From: Nymphaea colorata
Taxonomy: Eukaryota
Reading direction: 5' to 3'
NCBI RefSeq assembly: GCF_008831285.2
Contig: NC_045138.2
Location: forward strand, 992,001 to 1,056,000
Length of the DNA stretch: 64,000 nucleotides
The notes beneath the pieces were generated by a model that searched no databases, was not told the DNA's origin, and saw nothing but the letters and a program-made list of their open reading frames with translations. The position numbers and the translations under genes are program-made. Below are positions 38,713-53,251 of this stretch, piece after piece. The number at the start of each line of letters is the position of its first letter. Within the stretch, counting starts at the first letter, position 1.

Positions 38713-39394
38713 GCGACACAAAGTCCCAAGAGCGGGAATTAGTTTGCATGTGAAGAATATAACCTTATGGAACTCATGTCAAGAATAAAAACCACAATTT
38801 CTGATTTTGGTTTTTAAAATGTTTTTTTTTTGCAATTTAACCTTATGAATATGATTTTAAGAATGGGATGATGCAAAACGTATACTAAGCTGATGATTTA
38901 GATTTTACTGGTGTGTTTATAATAAGAAAAAATGAACTGTTCCTATAGCATGATAATGAAAAAATCAGCATCTTTTATTAAAACAACTTAGAATCAAAAC
39001 ATGTTTTATATCAAAATAACCTTCATAAACATACTAAGATGTTTATATTTTATTTGAAATAGTTTTTTAATAAAAAACCAATGGGTCTGGCTTATATATA
39101 TAGTGTGAGAATACCAACTTGCTGCACCCTGTCCGATAGGGTGACTGCCTCAATTGCACTTGCGAAGAGAGTCCCTCTACCGTCTCCCCACATTGGGAGA
39201 GCAGACGTCATAATTTGCAGTTTAATACATTGGTAAGCAAATGGAAGGAAGCATATACAGTACAAGCCCGATTTCAAGAAGAGAGACATTCTTTCTATAA
39301 TTCTACGTGGATGGGTATATTTACAGGTGCATTTAATTGATACAAGAGGATTACAATGAACCGTATTAAATGAATATGGCAAAAATAACAAAAT

Positions 39395-42300
39395 TCAAGG
39401 GAGCGACATGGGTGGTTTCCAATCATGGAATGGGATCAAATTTCTGTTTACAACAGAGCCATTGTGAAGCCAAAACGTTTCCGCCGATTGATGGAAGCTT
39501 CTCACCTTCCTCTGAAGCTCCCACATGATCCCAAGCATGGCTGAGCAGGGCTGTGTTTCTGGAGCATACACCCACAAGCACCTAACAAGTCGTCCACGTG
39601 ATATCATTTCTTGAATCTCTTTGTCTGCATGTGAAACAAAGAAATCAGACACCTCCGCAGTTCATATTCATAAGATTTTGTCGTACATCGCATTGGGCAT
39701 AGGGGTGCATGGTTTTGGAGCTACAAGTAGCTAGAATTTTTTTTGGATGCGAGAATGGCCTACATCAAGAGTTTGGGCGTGATTGTTTTGTAAATCAACA
39801 TTCAATCAAGAGTTTCCGGTTTTTGCTAAATGGCCAACTTGACTTGGATTTGGTAGACCATCTTTGCTTTAACAATTTTCGTAACTTGAATATCACATAA
39901 AATGATTAGCTGCCATAATCTAATAGACTTGTTCATACAAGCCTAAACAGATGAATTGATCCAACTTTTACTGTGGTTGCTCAAAAGGCAAAAGCAAATT
40001 AAAGCAGACAATCAAGCAATTTGGAGGATTCTTACCTGATATGGATTCCAGATACTCTAGAAGTTCAATTCCAATTCGACTAGCTGGCCACTTGATCGAT
40101 ATCTGGGTATAGTCAATGATATTCTGGAAAGGCAATTCCACCTGGTCTGACAGGATAACAGGAACACACTCCTGTTGACGTTCAACAAGAGCACAGGTTA
40201 TTGGATTCGTTATTCTGTAACAACACGTGACCAGCATAACTAACCCCACAAAATAATCATTGTTTAGAAAATACACATATAAAATAGGCATGCAACAAAA
40301 TACGAGATTTTTTATTCAGTTATGCAAGATGTGACTGTTAAATTGATCCACAAAAGAATCACACCACCTAAGAAGTGCATGAGGGCACCTATTGAAGCAC
40401 CAGGTAATCAATATAGCGACAGCATGAGCACATAAGTGCAAAATCACACAAACATGAATTTGGAGACAAATATGTACACGTGGATCTAAGCTTTCCTTTT
40501 TATTTCGATAATAAGGCAGCCAAATATCTAAAATGGGCAAAATGTACATGCGTATCTAAGCATCAAAGTTTCTATTTTATGGTTCCACAGTTAGGCGTCT
40601 GAATATAGCATAAAAGTGAGTGCAATTATGATAAGAAATGAGAGATTACCACAAAAAAAGCTTCATAGAAACGAAGAGTCCATGAAGATTCGCCACGTGG
40701 AGACAGACAAAATTTTGCATTGCGCAGGTGTTGAAAATATTCCACTTTTCCAAGTTTGTTTGGTCCAGTCAGCTTCAATTCAGGGGCCTCCAGCTACACC
40801 AAAAATGAATATGTATGATAATCACCAAAAAATATAGAAAATCATACAAGGTGTAATGGAAAAAAAGAAAGGGTTAATGAACGAACTCCAATGGAATAGG
40901 AAACTGAAACACATTTGACACTGGCAAGGCTGATCAGAAGTCAGCCTGTGTTACACCAACAAGTTGCTTAAGGTCAATCACAGAATAGGCCTAACATGCC
41001 CTGGTAATTAAATAATGAATAATTCCATATGCTTCCAATAAAACTTTCTGCATCTAATAGGTGACACCATCTCATTGTTAAACAGAGACGGTTTCTCTAG
41101 TTGGCCTTCTTTAGCAATAAATGGAAGCCAATTTCACTTGTATAAAGAAATTTTTTTTAGCATTTTTCATAATTGGCCTACCCGTCTGATATGCAAAAGT
41201 TTGTGATAATCTGATTTCCTTAATATTTCATGAAAGAAGGAGATACAGCAAAAAAATAAAAACAAGAAGCGTGCATTTATTGGACATTGACAATCGGTAA
41301 GTTCTAGGTCCACCTTCTATTCTCCATGCTATATCATATGCTTCATTGTATTTTAGCCCACTATCAAGGACATGAATGGGCAAACACGATTAAATATTCA
41401 TGGGCAAGCACATCCGTATACCTGCATCTAGAACGGAGCAAATACACGCGGCAATTTCAAACACATTTACACAGGTGCACATGCACGTATCCTCTTTGAC
41501 ACATTTTTCAGCTTATGTAAAGGATTCAATCCTGAGTTTAAGTAGTGCAACGGCAATATAGAAGGTTCCCTTTTATCCCCTTCGCATTACCAAGATTTCC
41601 ATGAGTTTTTAACACGTCCCTGGGCTTATGGAATATGATTTATTCAGAGATGGATGTGCATGTCTACTACTAATTCTTTACGCTTTATTATAGTATGAGA
41701 TCAGGATAGAATTTGGGTGTCAGAGATTATAATAAAAGGCATGAATATACAGTGCTGTTAATTTGAGCCATCCATGATAGCTAATTGAGTTGTCCAGTCT
41801 TGCACACCTAGTTAGATCACCGGTTCATGGGTTATTGGGAGAAAAACACATTTGAATATGAACACTTTATGTATGCATGTATCAGTACATACATACATAC
41901 ATACATATAGAGATTCTAGTAATGATCCTTACATTAAGCAATAAATAGAATAGCTAATTTATGTTACAATATGTGACTGATGATCCAGAAAACTCCAATA
42001 TGGTATACTGCACCATGTTGCAAGGAAGAAAAACCAACCTTGTCTGGGAATGCTTTAGCAAGCTCTAACAACTGAAGACGGCCAATCTTGCCCTGCGCTC
42101 GACCCAAGAAGTTTGTTAAATGTTTCCTCTTTGATAGTGGGAGGGGTTGGACCATGGTGGTGCCAGAAAATTTTGTCATCCCATCATCAACATTTCCTGG
42201 AATAATGATGTCCTTCCAAGTATCAAAAGCAGTTCTGTCTCTCTTATCTGTCCGATCACCCTATATTAATGCAAGAAGGTTGTCATGTTCAGACCATAGT

Positions 42301-45300
42301 TAGCAAGATTCAACAAAAGAGCAGAGAACCAAATGTGCTTAGCCTCAAAGTTCTCTGTGCTTTCTTGGTATCCATTGTCACAGAATGGTTGTTTCAGCTT
42401 TTAAATCCAAGGATGTCTATATTTGCTGTTAAAAGTTTACATGCTTGAAAAATGTAAAAGCAATTAAAAATCATGAGTCTTGCAATCTCACCAACTTTTG
42501 CTAAATACAATTGCTGGGTTACCAAGAAGACAAACTAATTACTTGTTATCACACTCAGAACATGCCTGGATTAAAATGGACATGCAATCAGTAGCATCAC
42601 TAAAACTTTGTAATTGATTCCAACTGGAAGTCTGCCATGACAATGTAGCAAGATGATTTCTGAAAGGAAAGGATATAGACTTACTGGAACTATTACATTC
42701 TAGTATAAAGTAATAAAAAATGCTACTTAGAGATGTTCTTTATGTGGAATACTACAATTAGTGCTCAAAAGTAACTCATTCAGCAAAAAGTTGTCATCCA
42801 ACATAGTAAATGAATTATACCTCTGGAGAGAGAATGATGGATCGATTTAAATATGTTGCCCAAGACCGAAACAGATGAGCACCAGCACCACTGCAGAGCA
42901 AAGAAGATCAATCATTCAGCCACCTACAGATCTAGATAATTTATGACACAATAAAATAAAAAGTTAGCATGAAATTTCTGTAAGAGTACAGTTTCTTAAA
43001 TGAAAATAGAGAAGGTAACTTTTGACTTCTCTCTGTGCCATGTAAAATTAAGTTTATGAGATTTCCACAAACATATCTTAAAGGTACTACACAAGCGAGA
43101 AGGATACACTTTTGTCAGGCCAACCAATCAAACATAAGCTCAAGTTATTGCACAACAAGGCCTAATGCAGCAATAAATCAGAAGGCCGACAGCCAACAGG
43201 ACTGCAGCATGTCCAACCTTAGGTGCAGATCTAATTGGGATTTATTTGTCCATAAAGATTAAGGAGGGCAGTTGATCTTATCATGGAATGTGATGCCCAT
43301 TTAGTCTCAATAGTTTGGTTACACTTCATGTAAAAACAATTTTTATCTCAATCTGCTACATGTGGAACAGATCCATAGCCTTCTGCAGTACGACATGAAT
43401 CTATCTAACTTCAAATAGACTAGGGTTGCCTTAATCAGAACTTAAAAGTTTTGCAAGTTAATATGACCCTTGTCATAATATGTGTTGCAGTGTAGAATAG
43501 GGTTGGATACCTGAATCTACCATGTGGCATGTGTGTCTCAATGTAAAGGATAATCAACAAAAAAAAAAAAAAAAAAGAGGTATATCTATTCATTTTAAAG
43601 GGTTCAGATACCTTGGAAAGACAAAAATGTGATCACGTCCACCAGAAAGCCTGAAATAAGGCATTTGACTAAGGATCTGGCAAAAAAATAAAAAGTATCA
43701 ACGTGAAAGGAACATAACCAACCACAACCTTCCCTAACAAAAGGAACAATAATCAGAAAAGAAACTAGATATTTGATCACACCTCTCATGAAGAAAAACA
43801 CAGCCTTACTCAGCATCTTGTTTTTGAATACATATGATAAAACCTTTAAATTCAGAAAGTGCAAAAAAAAAAAGGCAGGTAAAGATAAAAAGAAGGAAAG
43901 AAGAGTATGCAAAACATGTGCCAAGTAACTTGGCTTCTTATATGATAATTTAAATCAGAGCCACAGATATCTCTTTTTATTTTTTCCTTGGACAAAGCGT
44001 GATATTAGCATTAACAAAGAGAAAACGAAAAAAGTGTGAAAAGGACACATTTTTTTCAGAAAGACGTGAAAGAAGTTTAATGCACTATGATTGTGCTTTT
44101 TCGCATCTTGTATTCCAGTTGCTGAAGCTGTTTATAAACTTTTCTTAGTTGTGTATTTGCCAGTTTCCATTTTCTAATTTTCATTTGTAACTTTTCTAGT
44201 TTGATATATTGGATATACCTCATGATACTGAGTGCTATGTTAGTCCTAAACTCCTAGTTGTCATCGTTGAAACTTTGTACTTAAATGAAATTATTTAATG
44301 TCATTTTTATCATCACTTAAACAAGGCTTTATTATATTATCTAGTTATTTTATTGTCTTATTAATTTCTCATACTTAGTTTTTTAGGATCCTTTCATTTT
44401 TTTACATTGCCTATATTTTCTGGGAAAAACAACTTCGCCAAAAGTACCCGAGCAAAACCTCATTGTCAAAAAACCTGAAAACAATATTTGTAGCTACAAG
44501 TAAACAAATGAAAGCATGAGAAGAAAGAAGAAACAAGAACAAACTAACCTTAACATATGTTTGGTTGATCTCTTTGTCAGTAAGGCCACCCATCATCCTC
44601 ACACATTTAACATAAGAAGGGACAAAGAATAGCTGGGCTTTCTGTTTGTCCAATGTACGGAAGCTTGATTTCAGAAGCAGCTGATGGATTTTCACCTAAC
44701 AAAGTGACCAAGACCATGTCATCTATAGATAGAAAAACAATCATGAGGATACTACCTTTAGCATAGTAAATCAACAATGAATCTTACTTTATGTACTAAT
44801 TGATATTTCATGTAACTATTATCCCAATAGTTCCCATTTACTCAAAATGGACATGCCGCATCTTTCAAAATAGAATAGCTGGATGGAAGTCTTCAACATA
44901 ATGTTCCACCTATCAAACCTTGCTCTTGAAAATTCTCCACATTTCCTAGTGCAAGCTATGAACATGAAAAACTCGTGAAGAAAACCTTTCACTATGGAAT
45001 AGAATGGCTACGAGAGGGAATAATTGTTCACTATGGAACACAATGGCTTGCTACAATGAGGAACATATTCAAAGAGGCAGAGTTCTCCTTGGTAATCAAT
45101 TGTACAATCAAAACTTATAAAATCAGGGATGTGCACTGTTGAGTTTGTGAATTTATTATATAGACAGGACAACTAATCTGTATCTCTTCGCTGTGTCATC
45201 TTTAAGCAACATCAGTGCTTGCCTCATGGATTGAGGCATGGATGCAAAAGAGGCAAATTTGAGAAACTTAAATGTTTGAGAATACAACAGAAAGCTGCTG

Positions 45301-48300
45301 ATGCAGGTCTGCAGACTGTGAAAGAGAAAACAATGGAGACCAGGTACATTTTAATTGAATGGGCCATGTTTGACGGTTTTACCTAAGGGCATGTTTTAGA
45401 GTTGGTGGACACAAATTTTTTTAATGCTAAAATGTGGTGATTTAATGTCAGGTTGAGTTATATACTTTCTCTAGCTTTTCACACATTACAGTAAAAGGAT
45501 AGTCATATCCTTGAACCATAACAAAAAGTATTTCCATACATTGGATAGTAAGAAGGACACCTTCTTCCCAATAATCGTGACCAAACAACTGCGCAGCATG
45601 TTGAATATCCTGTGCCCATTCTAATTAACTATATCAAATGCCAATGAAGATGCAACAAATTTGTATCGACAACTGTACGGCATGTTGAATATCTTGTGGC
45701 TAATCTAATTAACTATATCAAATGCCAATGAAGATGCAACAAATTTGTATTCTATAAATAAAACTATAAAAGCATTTGGAAGCTATTATAACTTAAATTT
45801 TTTGGTGGGTTCTTTGTGATCAAATTACTTTAGTGGTGATTTCATCATGGCTGTCAAGTTTCACCACCTCATCACTATGGAGTGCAACCTTGTACCTCAA
45901 AACATTTTAGCTGCTCAAAATTCAATTGGCAGTCATTCCATTTGGTTTTCACTTCTTTCTGCTTATCATTTGGTCTTGCCAATGTTCATATTGGTTTGAT
46001 CCAATCAATCAGATGACTGAAGTAATTAGCTTATACAAAAAACCACAAAATAATGATTTGCAAGGAAGTAAAGAAAACAATACCAATTCAATGCAAAGGA
46101 CCACTCAGACTTTTCAAGTCCTTATGTTTATCTGATCGACATGCATCTCTAGCAACCTTGCCTTTCAAAGGAGAAGAAGCATGGCATACATCACCGCAGT
46201 CAAAATTCACAAGCTAATACAATTGAATAAAGATGTTATGCATTGTGGCTCACTTTGAGGTTGCAATGTACATAACAGATACCAACATATATTAGAAAGA
46301 GCGAAAATGGAAAAAAAGAAAGCAAAGTTGATTAATCTTATCTCGTTCATGATGTGGCAACTTGGTTAGTTCTAGTAGCCTACAGTCTATGTCCTAATTG
46401 TTAAGTAAGAAGCACCATACTACAACCTACGTGGCAAGAAAAAGCAGTGTTGTACGTATCGTATCCTAAATCATAGTGGTACGTGGGAGAGCCCACATAC
46501 CCGGACCAGCGTACCTGTACCTGGACTGGGTATGTTTGGATTGGTTCCAGGTCAGAACCGATCCAAATCACAAAAAAAACATTGTCTTGGTCTATTTATG
46601 TTTTTTTTATGAGATTATATGTAAGAACTATGAAAGGAACATTGTCTTAGTGATGCGATGATGTCAATTTTGTTTTTTAAAATGAAAAGTATATAATTAT
46701 CGCCATACCGCAATACCAAGATTGGCAAAAACGTCGTACCCGCTTCCCCATACCGTACCAGCACTCACACCCATACCTATGTGACATAGAACGTATGGTA
46801 CGAGGCCGTATCGTACGATACGTACCGTCATCTTTTAAATTTACGATACGATATACCACCTGTATCGCAAACAGGTGATGTATCGTATGTGTATATCATG
46901 TATCGTGCGATACATCCTGTATCACATGACACATGTCTATTTTGAAAAATATGGGGTTAAAACCACCCATTTTCAAACTAATTCTTAAACCTTGCCTCCC
47001 TCTTCATTTATGAACATATCTAATAGTTGAAAGAAGGGGAGATTGTGACAATTTTCAAAAGAACTAATCACCATGAAACGTCAATTTGAGGGCAGATTTA
47101 TGCATGGATGATTGATTCTTGATTAGATAAAGAGGGTTTATATCTTCAACGAAAGATGAAAATGAGAATGAGATGATAAAGATTACGAAAGAAGTTGTTT
47201 TCATTTGTTATTTGCATTAACATTGAACAATTTTGTTTTGTGATGTGATGTGATGTATAGTGTACGTAAAACTTGGTTTTTGATGTGTTATGGATCTTAT
47301 GACTTACTTATGAGTTATTATGCAGATTATCTTATAAATTATGTTTCGTAATGTCTTAGTTCATGTTGTGTTACTATATGATATTATGACCACTTACTAA
47401 TGTTTGTGAAGTAACTTCATACCTATATTAAGCCTGCCATTATGTATAACATGTTTTTTCATTAAAAAACATAATTTTTTATTTATTTGCTTTTTCTCTA
47501 TTTTTTCTATTCTTGAATTAAAAAATAAAGATACACCTACGATACATTACTATACTTTACGATACAAGGTATCTATTGGCCGGACAGATACGGCTTAAAG
47601 TAGGCTTTTTACAACATTGAGAAAAATAACAACAACCCTCCGAAATGCAATCTTAAAGAGCCGAAAAGAGGAGGGAAACATTAAATTTATCAATCTTGTC
47701 TTGCTCAAAATGTGGCAACTTGCATAAGACATTTTGATAATCTATAGTCTACGTGTCAATTAAGAAGCATCATGCTGCCCATTAAATGAGATGAAGAAGA
47801 AGAAACAACAACGCTCCACTGAAGTACAATCCTAAAGAACCAAAATAGGGAAAGCGGAAGTAAGTTCATCAATCTTGTCAAGTTCAAAATCTGCAAATTG
47901 GTTATATAAGTGGTCCTAATAGCCTAAAACTACGTGTTAAGAAGCACCATAGTAAAACTACGTGTTAAGAAGCACCATAGTGCTCACTAAATGTGGCGAA
48001 GAAGAAGAAGAACGACAACTAAACTCCACTGAAGTACAAACCTTGTCGCCAGAGACATAAGATAGATTCTCCATCATGAAAGAAGAAAGCTGGATGTCCC
48101 AAACTCTATTCGAGGAACTGGATTTGGCCACTATGAAATTTTCATGTCTAAAGGACGAAAAATAGGATTTCGGGAAGAAAGCAATTCGTTGTACTAATAA
48201 AGCTTCAACACGTTAAAAAATTAACAAATATCAATCAATTCTCATGCGAAAAAGGAATAAAATCCAACGAAAATCACCTGAGTTCCCCATTGACCCTTAA

Positions 48301-48688
48301 CACACATCTCCGCAGTGATCTTACCGTCCCTCCCGTGCATCAATTCCGTCAACCCGTCGATCTCCGACTCCTCGTACACGTAGATCTGGAGAAAGAGCCG
48401 CGATCCATACCCCCTTTTCGGCCAATTCAACCTGCCGTCGCCAAACACGGACTGAAACCTCTCTTCGTCCAGCCAACGGCCAGAAGACTCCAATGCCACC
48501 GGAGAGACCGACGACCGCACGAAAGGAGAAGCCGAGGAAGCGAAGCAGAAGTCGGAGTACCGGTCAAGGAGCCTGGTGGCGAAGAAGGTTAGGACTACGA
48601 GGATGAGGGCGCCGATCTGATGGGCTCTGGTGCAGTACAATGGCGCCGACGAAGAAGCCCTGGCCCTGGTGTTGCTTAGGGCCTTCAT
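39395..48688 (-). CDS. Exostosin-family glycosyltransferase (GT47; At1g21480-like; 8 exons)
   Basis: Exons 48688-48278, 44695-44549, 43676-43612, 42890-42821, 42260-42039, 40793-40650, 40171-40036, 39624-39395. Type II anchor, IYVYE, SGGRDHIFVFP, AKFCLSPRGESSWTLRFYEAFFVECVPVILSD, C-terminus WKPPMSLP. Confidence 0.93.
45596..45750. repeat. ~84-bp tandem duplication in GT47 intron 1
   Basis: gcatgttgaatatc...aatgccaatgaagatgcaacaaatttgtat occurs twice. Confidence 0.88.
46445..47619. mobile_element. Non-autonomous hAT-type element (CGTATC/GATACG motifs) with a nested GTACC-family MITE (~46472-46789)
   Basis: TIR CAGTGTTGTA / TACAACATTG; TSD AGAAAAAG vs AGAAAAAT (7/8). The nested segment ends TGTGACATAG, like the 9857-10210 family. 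Confidence 0.75.
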
Positions 48689-48869
48689 CTCCCACTTCCT
48701 CTTCCTCAGATTCACAGTAGAGAGAGAGAGGGAGAAAGATACGGAGCGAATGAGAGAGATCGTTCGGAGTGGCCAGGGAACACCGTTGAAGAAAATAACG
48801 GAGATACTTTGAAACTATCCATTTTAATATCCGTATTTACATATTTCCAACCGCCGTCCTAAGTGAACA

Positions 48870-49300
48870 ACTGGCTTATGAACGAGTTGAGAGTTGAGTG
48901 TTCAAATAATTGAGTTCAATTATCCGTCAACACATAATTGTCGAATTGAATTGGAGGCTTAATCGAGTTTATCAAACTTTAATCAAGTCAATATATTCAA
49001 ACAAGTTTACGAATTTGTCAAGTCTTAATCAAGTCGAGTTTAAGCTCAACACGTAACAATGAATATCAATTCTATTCAAACGAGTTTATCAAGCCTTAAT
49101 CGAGTCGAACTCGAGCTAAACACGTAACGATCAATATCAATTCTATTCAAGCGAGTTTGTCAAGCCTTAATCGAGTTGGACTCGAACTACTTCCGTCGAG
49201 CTATTCTTGAGCTCGAGCCGAGTTGAGCTTGAGGTTTTCATTAGTAGACTGAGCTCGAGTTGAATTAACTCAAGCTCGACTTGGCTCCTGTTCACCCCTA
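48870..49300. mobile_element. GAGCTC/CTCGA-rich MITE with internal ~60-bp repeats
   Basis: Same motifs as 2752-3130; ends TGTTCACCCCTA. Confidence 0.6.
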
Positions 49301-50791
49301 ATCAAAAGTACCCGAAGTAATTAAAATATCCGCTCACAAAATATCGGATTTCGAGGGTCAATTGTAGGGACAGATGACTCAGATCGGAGAGATGTCAAAC
49401 GAGTGGGAACGCCGTTGAAACTTGGTGATTCGGATCCAGATTCAGGACATCCAGTATACAATTCAAATTGAAATCCAAAGCTGGCTGGCAGTTTGGATCA
49501 GATACGAATATCCAAAAATTGGGAATAGAAATATAAACCGATGCATAGAGCATAACTTAGTTAAACTAAGAAGTGATAGATAATTGAAAAAAATGGAATA
49601 TGAAAAAATCAACATAACATTTCTTAATATGAGTTAATATGATACAACCAATTAGAGGCTTCAATGGCCTCTTGAAAATATTTCTCATTTTCTTTTGCTT
49701 GAAGTGTCAAGCGAGGGGATCGACTAACAATCAATATATTTCATGAAATTATATTATTGTTTTGGATAGACACATGAAATAATAACATAATGTTATTTTT
49801 AGGATGAATACATGAAATTAAAACAGAGTTGTTATCACAAAATAGGAACATAATGTTATAATTAGCATTATTTAGTTGTTGCATCTAGAAACAACATTTT
49901 ACAATCACATAGTTTTTCTTATATACAAGTAACATGTAAAAGTTTTAATTATGAAAAATTTAATTTGGTTGATGTAAAAATTTGTAAAATATTATTGGAC
50001 TTATGTACAAATTTTAAAAGTACTATTTAGTCATGTAGTGGCTTGGAAGTCATTTGTAGCATTAATGTTATCGATTTCTATGTGCTGGCAAATAATATTC
50101 TACTTCTTCTCAAACTCTTGAGTATTTAAAAGTCAATACGCTTCCTTGATCTGTGAAGTATTCAAAGAAATTTAGTTGGCTCGTAAATCGTTATAGAGGC
50201 AACTTAAATTCGATGAATAGTTTATAAAGTATCTACGCCTCAAAAATTTAATGATTCATGAAATAATTTTAAAAGTGTTCCATAAATCAGCCTTAAAAAT
50301 ATTCATATGTTCAACCTGAAATGTTTCTATTGTCCCTTCAAAAGTTGAGTAGTTTTGTAAAATATTTAACTTAAAAAAAAAGGAAAATCAAGGGTTTAAT
50401 TTTTCATATCCAACTTTCCATGGTTGTTGTTATTATCAATTGAATATCATTTTTTTCCTTCTTACCTCCACTTAGAAGAACCAAGTCTGAAGGAGACAGT
50501 ACCTTTGCTGCAACCTTCATGTTTCAACTTGATCGCTTGGCCACTCTATAATTAAAAAAAAAGAAAAAATCTCTTACTAACTTCATTAGAATACAAAAAA
50601 AAAAAAAGCCTCACACACACACATGGCCCAAATGTGGGCTGTTATGGGACGATTGCAGCTCCTCCTAATTGAAAGTTTAATATGAACAGAACATATATAT
50701 GACACAATATGTTACCATTGAAACAGAGTCCCTCCCTGCCAAGGCCATTATGTCCGAGCACAAAACAAGACTAGGGCACACCAGTTCCACA

Positions 50792-51180
50792 TGGGATGCC
50801 AACGGATCAAATATATTTTTAATCATATCCACTTTTTTGGATATTCACATATTCAAATAAAGAAAAGTCATATCCGAATCCGAATCCAAAATCTGATTTT
50901 ACAATTTGAATCCGATCCAAATCCATTTTTTATATTTATATCCAAATTTGAGTCGGAATTTTGAACCGGATTTTGTCAAATTTCGAAACTTAATAGCATT
51001 AGTTACAAGATATTTGTCTAAAAATGAATCCGATCTGAATTTATATCTGAATCCGATTAGATATTTATGTATATCCGAATCTGAATTAGATCAGATGCCA
51101 TTTATTAAATCTGAATCCGATCCAATTTCTTAATCAAATATTATTTTTTCGGTTAGATACGTATTCAAATAAGATATATT
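50792..51180. mobile_element. Truncated copy of the TAGGGATG-TIR family
   Basis: Starts TGGGATGCCAACGGATC followed by ATCCGA hexamers; resembles the inverted copy at ~61350-61778. Confidence 0.7.
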
Positions 51181-51982
51181 GACTTTGTTTTGCTGCATCC
51201 ATCACGTCGAACCCCCAGCATTGGCCGGAGTGGTCTTTTCAAAAGTTTGCTGCATCGCTGAAAAAATAAAGAAACAAATTCGAGGTTTTGCAATCCATCA
51301 AATCACATAAATGGAGGTGCATGGCAGTAGATTTCAAAGGTTTTACACTTGAAGAAAGCGCTGGGAGGCACGGATGGAGCCAAATTTTTTCATGAAAATG
51401 CCCTAATTATAGTTTCGAAATTTGGTAGAGACCAAAATGTATTTTTATATAAAATACATTTATAACTTTGTAAAATTTATATATAATTTTGTTTTGGGGG
51501 AGGGCCAGCCGCCCCTCTTGGTAGCAACAATATATGGTCGGTAGTTATGGCAGCTCAAACATCAAATATAACTATTGATTCAGCAGCAGGGCATGTGGAG
51601 GAGTAGAAACCCATTTGAAGGGATCCCCATGAAAGATCCCTTCAAGTGTTGAAGCTAAAACTAAGAGAACGCAAGGGAATTGTGGTTTTTCTTCTAGCCA
51701 TTGAAGCTAAAGCTATCTCTCTCTTTATTTTATTACAACAGAAAATTGAAAAATAACAAAACAAATAGATTTCTTCCTATAATCTTGGCAATACACTTTC
51801 ATGGCAAATTTCTCATGAAGACTAACGCTCCCCCATAAGTTGGTGCTCCCATGTTGATGAATGTCAACTTGTTTATGTTATTTTAATATATTTGATCCTC
51901 TTATGAAAAACTGGATTTGGTGCTATGTGCATTGGATTGGGTCTTGATTATAATAATATAAAATTATTAAACTCTTTTATTC

Positions 51983-52416
51983 TGTAATGACCCGACCCAT
52001 TCTCAAACTTAGGTCTCTAGTATGGCAGATCCCAATTCGCCCCTAGCAGTTTCAATTTTTGTCCAAAAATGCTAGGAATTAGGACAATTAACTACTACAA
52101 CTTCATTTATAATAAGCCCATGAAGATCCCTCCTAATCTTTATACGGAACTAAAATATTGAGGTGTTACAATCCACCCCCCTTAAAACACATGTCTATGT
52201 TTCTGGGACCCTAGGTCCGAGTGTTAAACCGGACTCTGATACCACTGTAACAACCTGACCCACTCAAGAGCTCAGGTCCTTGGTCTGACAGATCCTAACC
52301 CACCCCCTAACAATCCTGGTTCATAGCTTTTTTTAGACTAAAATTAAAACTACTAGGGACCGGGTTGTGATCCGCCAAACCAGGGGCTTGAGCTGAGACT
52401 GGGTCAGGTCATTACA
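51983..52416 (-). mobile_element. TRIM (terminal-repeat retrotransposon in miniature) with one rearranged LTR
   Basis: 188-bp TG..CA LTR 51983-52170, polypurine tract (minus strand AAGGGGGGGTGGAT) at 52171-52184, PBS (minus strand TGGTATCAGAG) at 52234-52244, second LTR-derived block 52246-52416; flanks TATTC/CATTC. Confidence 0.85.
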
Positions 52417-53251
52417 CATTCAATCCCCACATCATTAAACAAGTAGCAGATCTACGTTCATTCACAACATGTCAATGCCATTGTCCTATAATTTGCTTCA
52501 ATTGATGATTTTCATACTGTTATTTATTTCTTTGTTTTTCAAGAGATGAGACTTTTGTCAATCATTATGTAATATCCAGTAGTAGACCACCTGGTCATTT
52601 GGCAAAATACCCAATAGGAATCACAAAATTTTGTTATATCTCGAATCTTACTTTGGGTTGATAGTATGATTTCATATGATATGATCCCTTTTATATACTT
52701 GCAAAAACATGGCATCTCCGTGAAAAATGTGCACTAATGGACTATGTGTGGCCAGGTAATAACCAAATATATGAGTTTGTTAACCAATTTTGAGAACCTC
52801 TCCATTTTCATTGTCAAGTTTTTTTATTTGAAAATCATTTGGTTTTGCTCATGAATAACCTGCTTTTCGTAGAATGCATGCCATGGGTGTATTTTCTATG
52901 AGAAAAGAAGACAACATTCTTTGATTTGGTGACTTCGATTTCTCAAAAATGTTTGACCTTGCCATGTAAGTCGACTCTTGCAATTATAATGTCATCAACA
53001 TATAATACTAAAAATATTTTGTCATTAGTTGTTGATTTTAAAAATAAGAATATTCAGCTTTGGGCTGAGCAAAAAACTAGAATGATAAAGAAATCTTAGG
53101 AAACATGTTATGTGATGACTGCTTGAGTCTATATATGGATTTGTTTAGTCGACAAATAACATTATGCTCTTATAGACAAAATTTGGATAGCAAGTGCATA
53201 TACACTTCTTCAAGGTCACATATAATAATACATTCAGCCTTCATGGCTTAT

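Noticed and set aside
51616..51646. 11-bp stem TTGAAGGGATC..GATCCCTTCAA resembling miR393
   Set aside because: Stem too short and only a partial match to the mature miR393 sequence.
51983..52416. Cassandra (5S-bearing) TRIM
   Set aside because: No 5S rRNA A/C-box segment is recognisable in the LTR.
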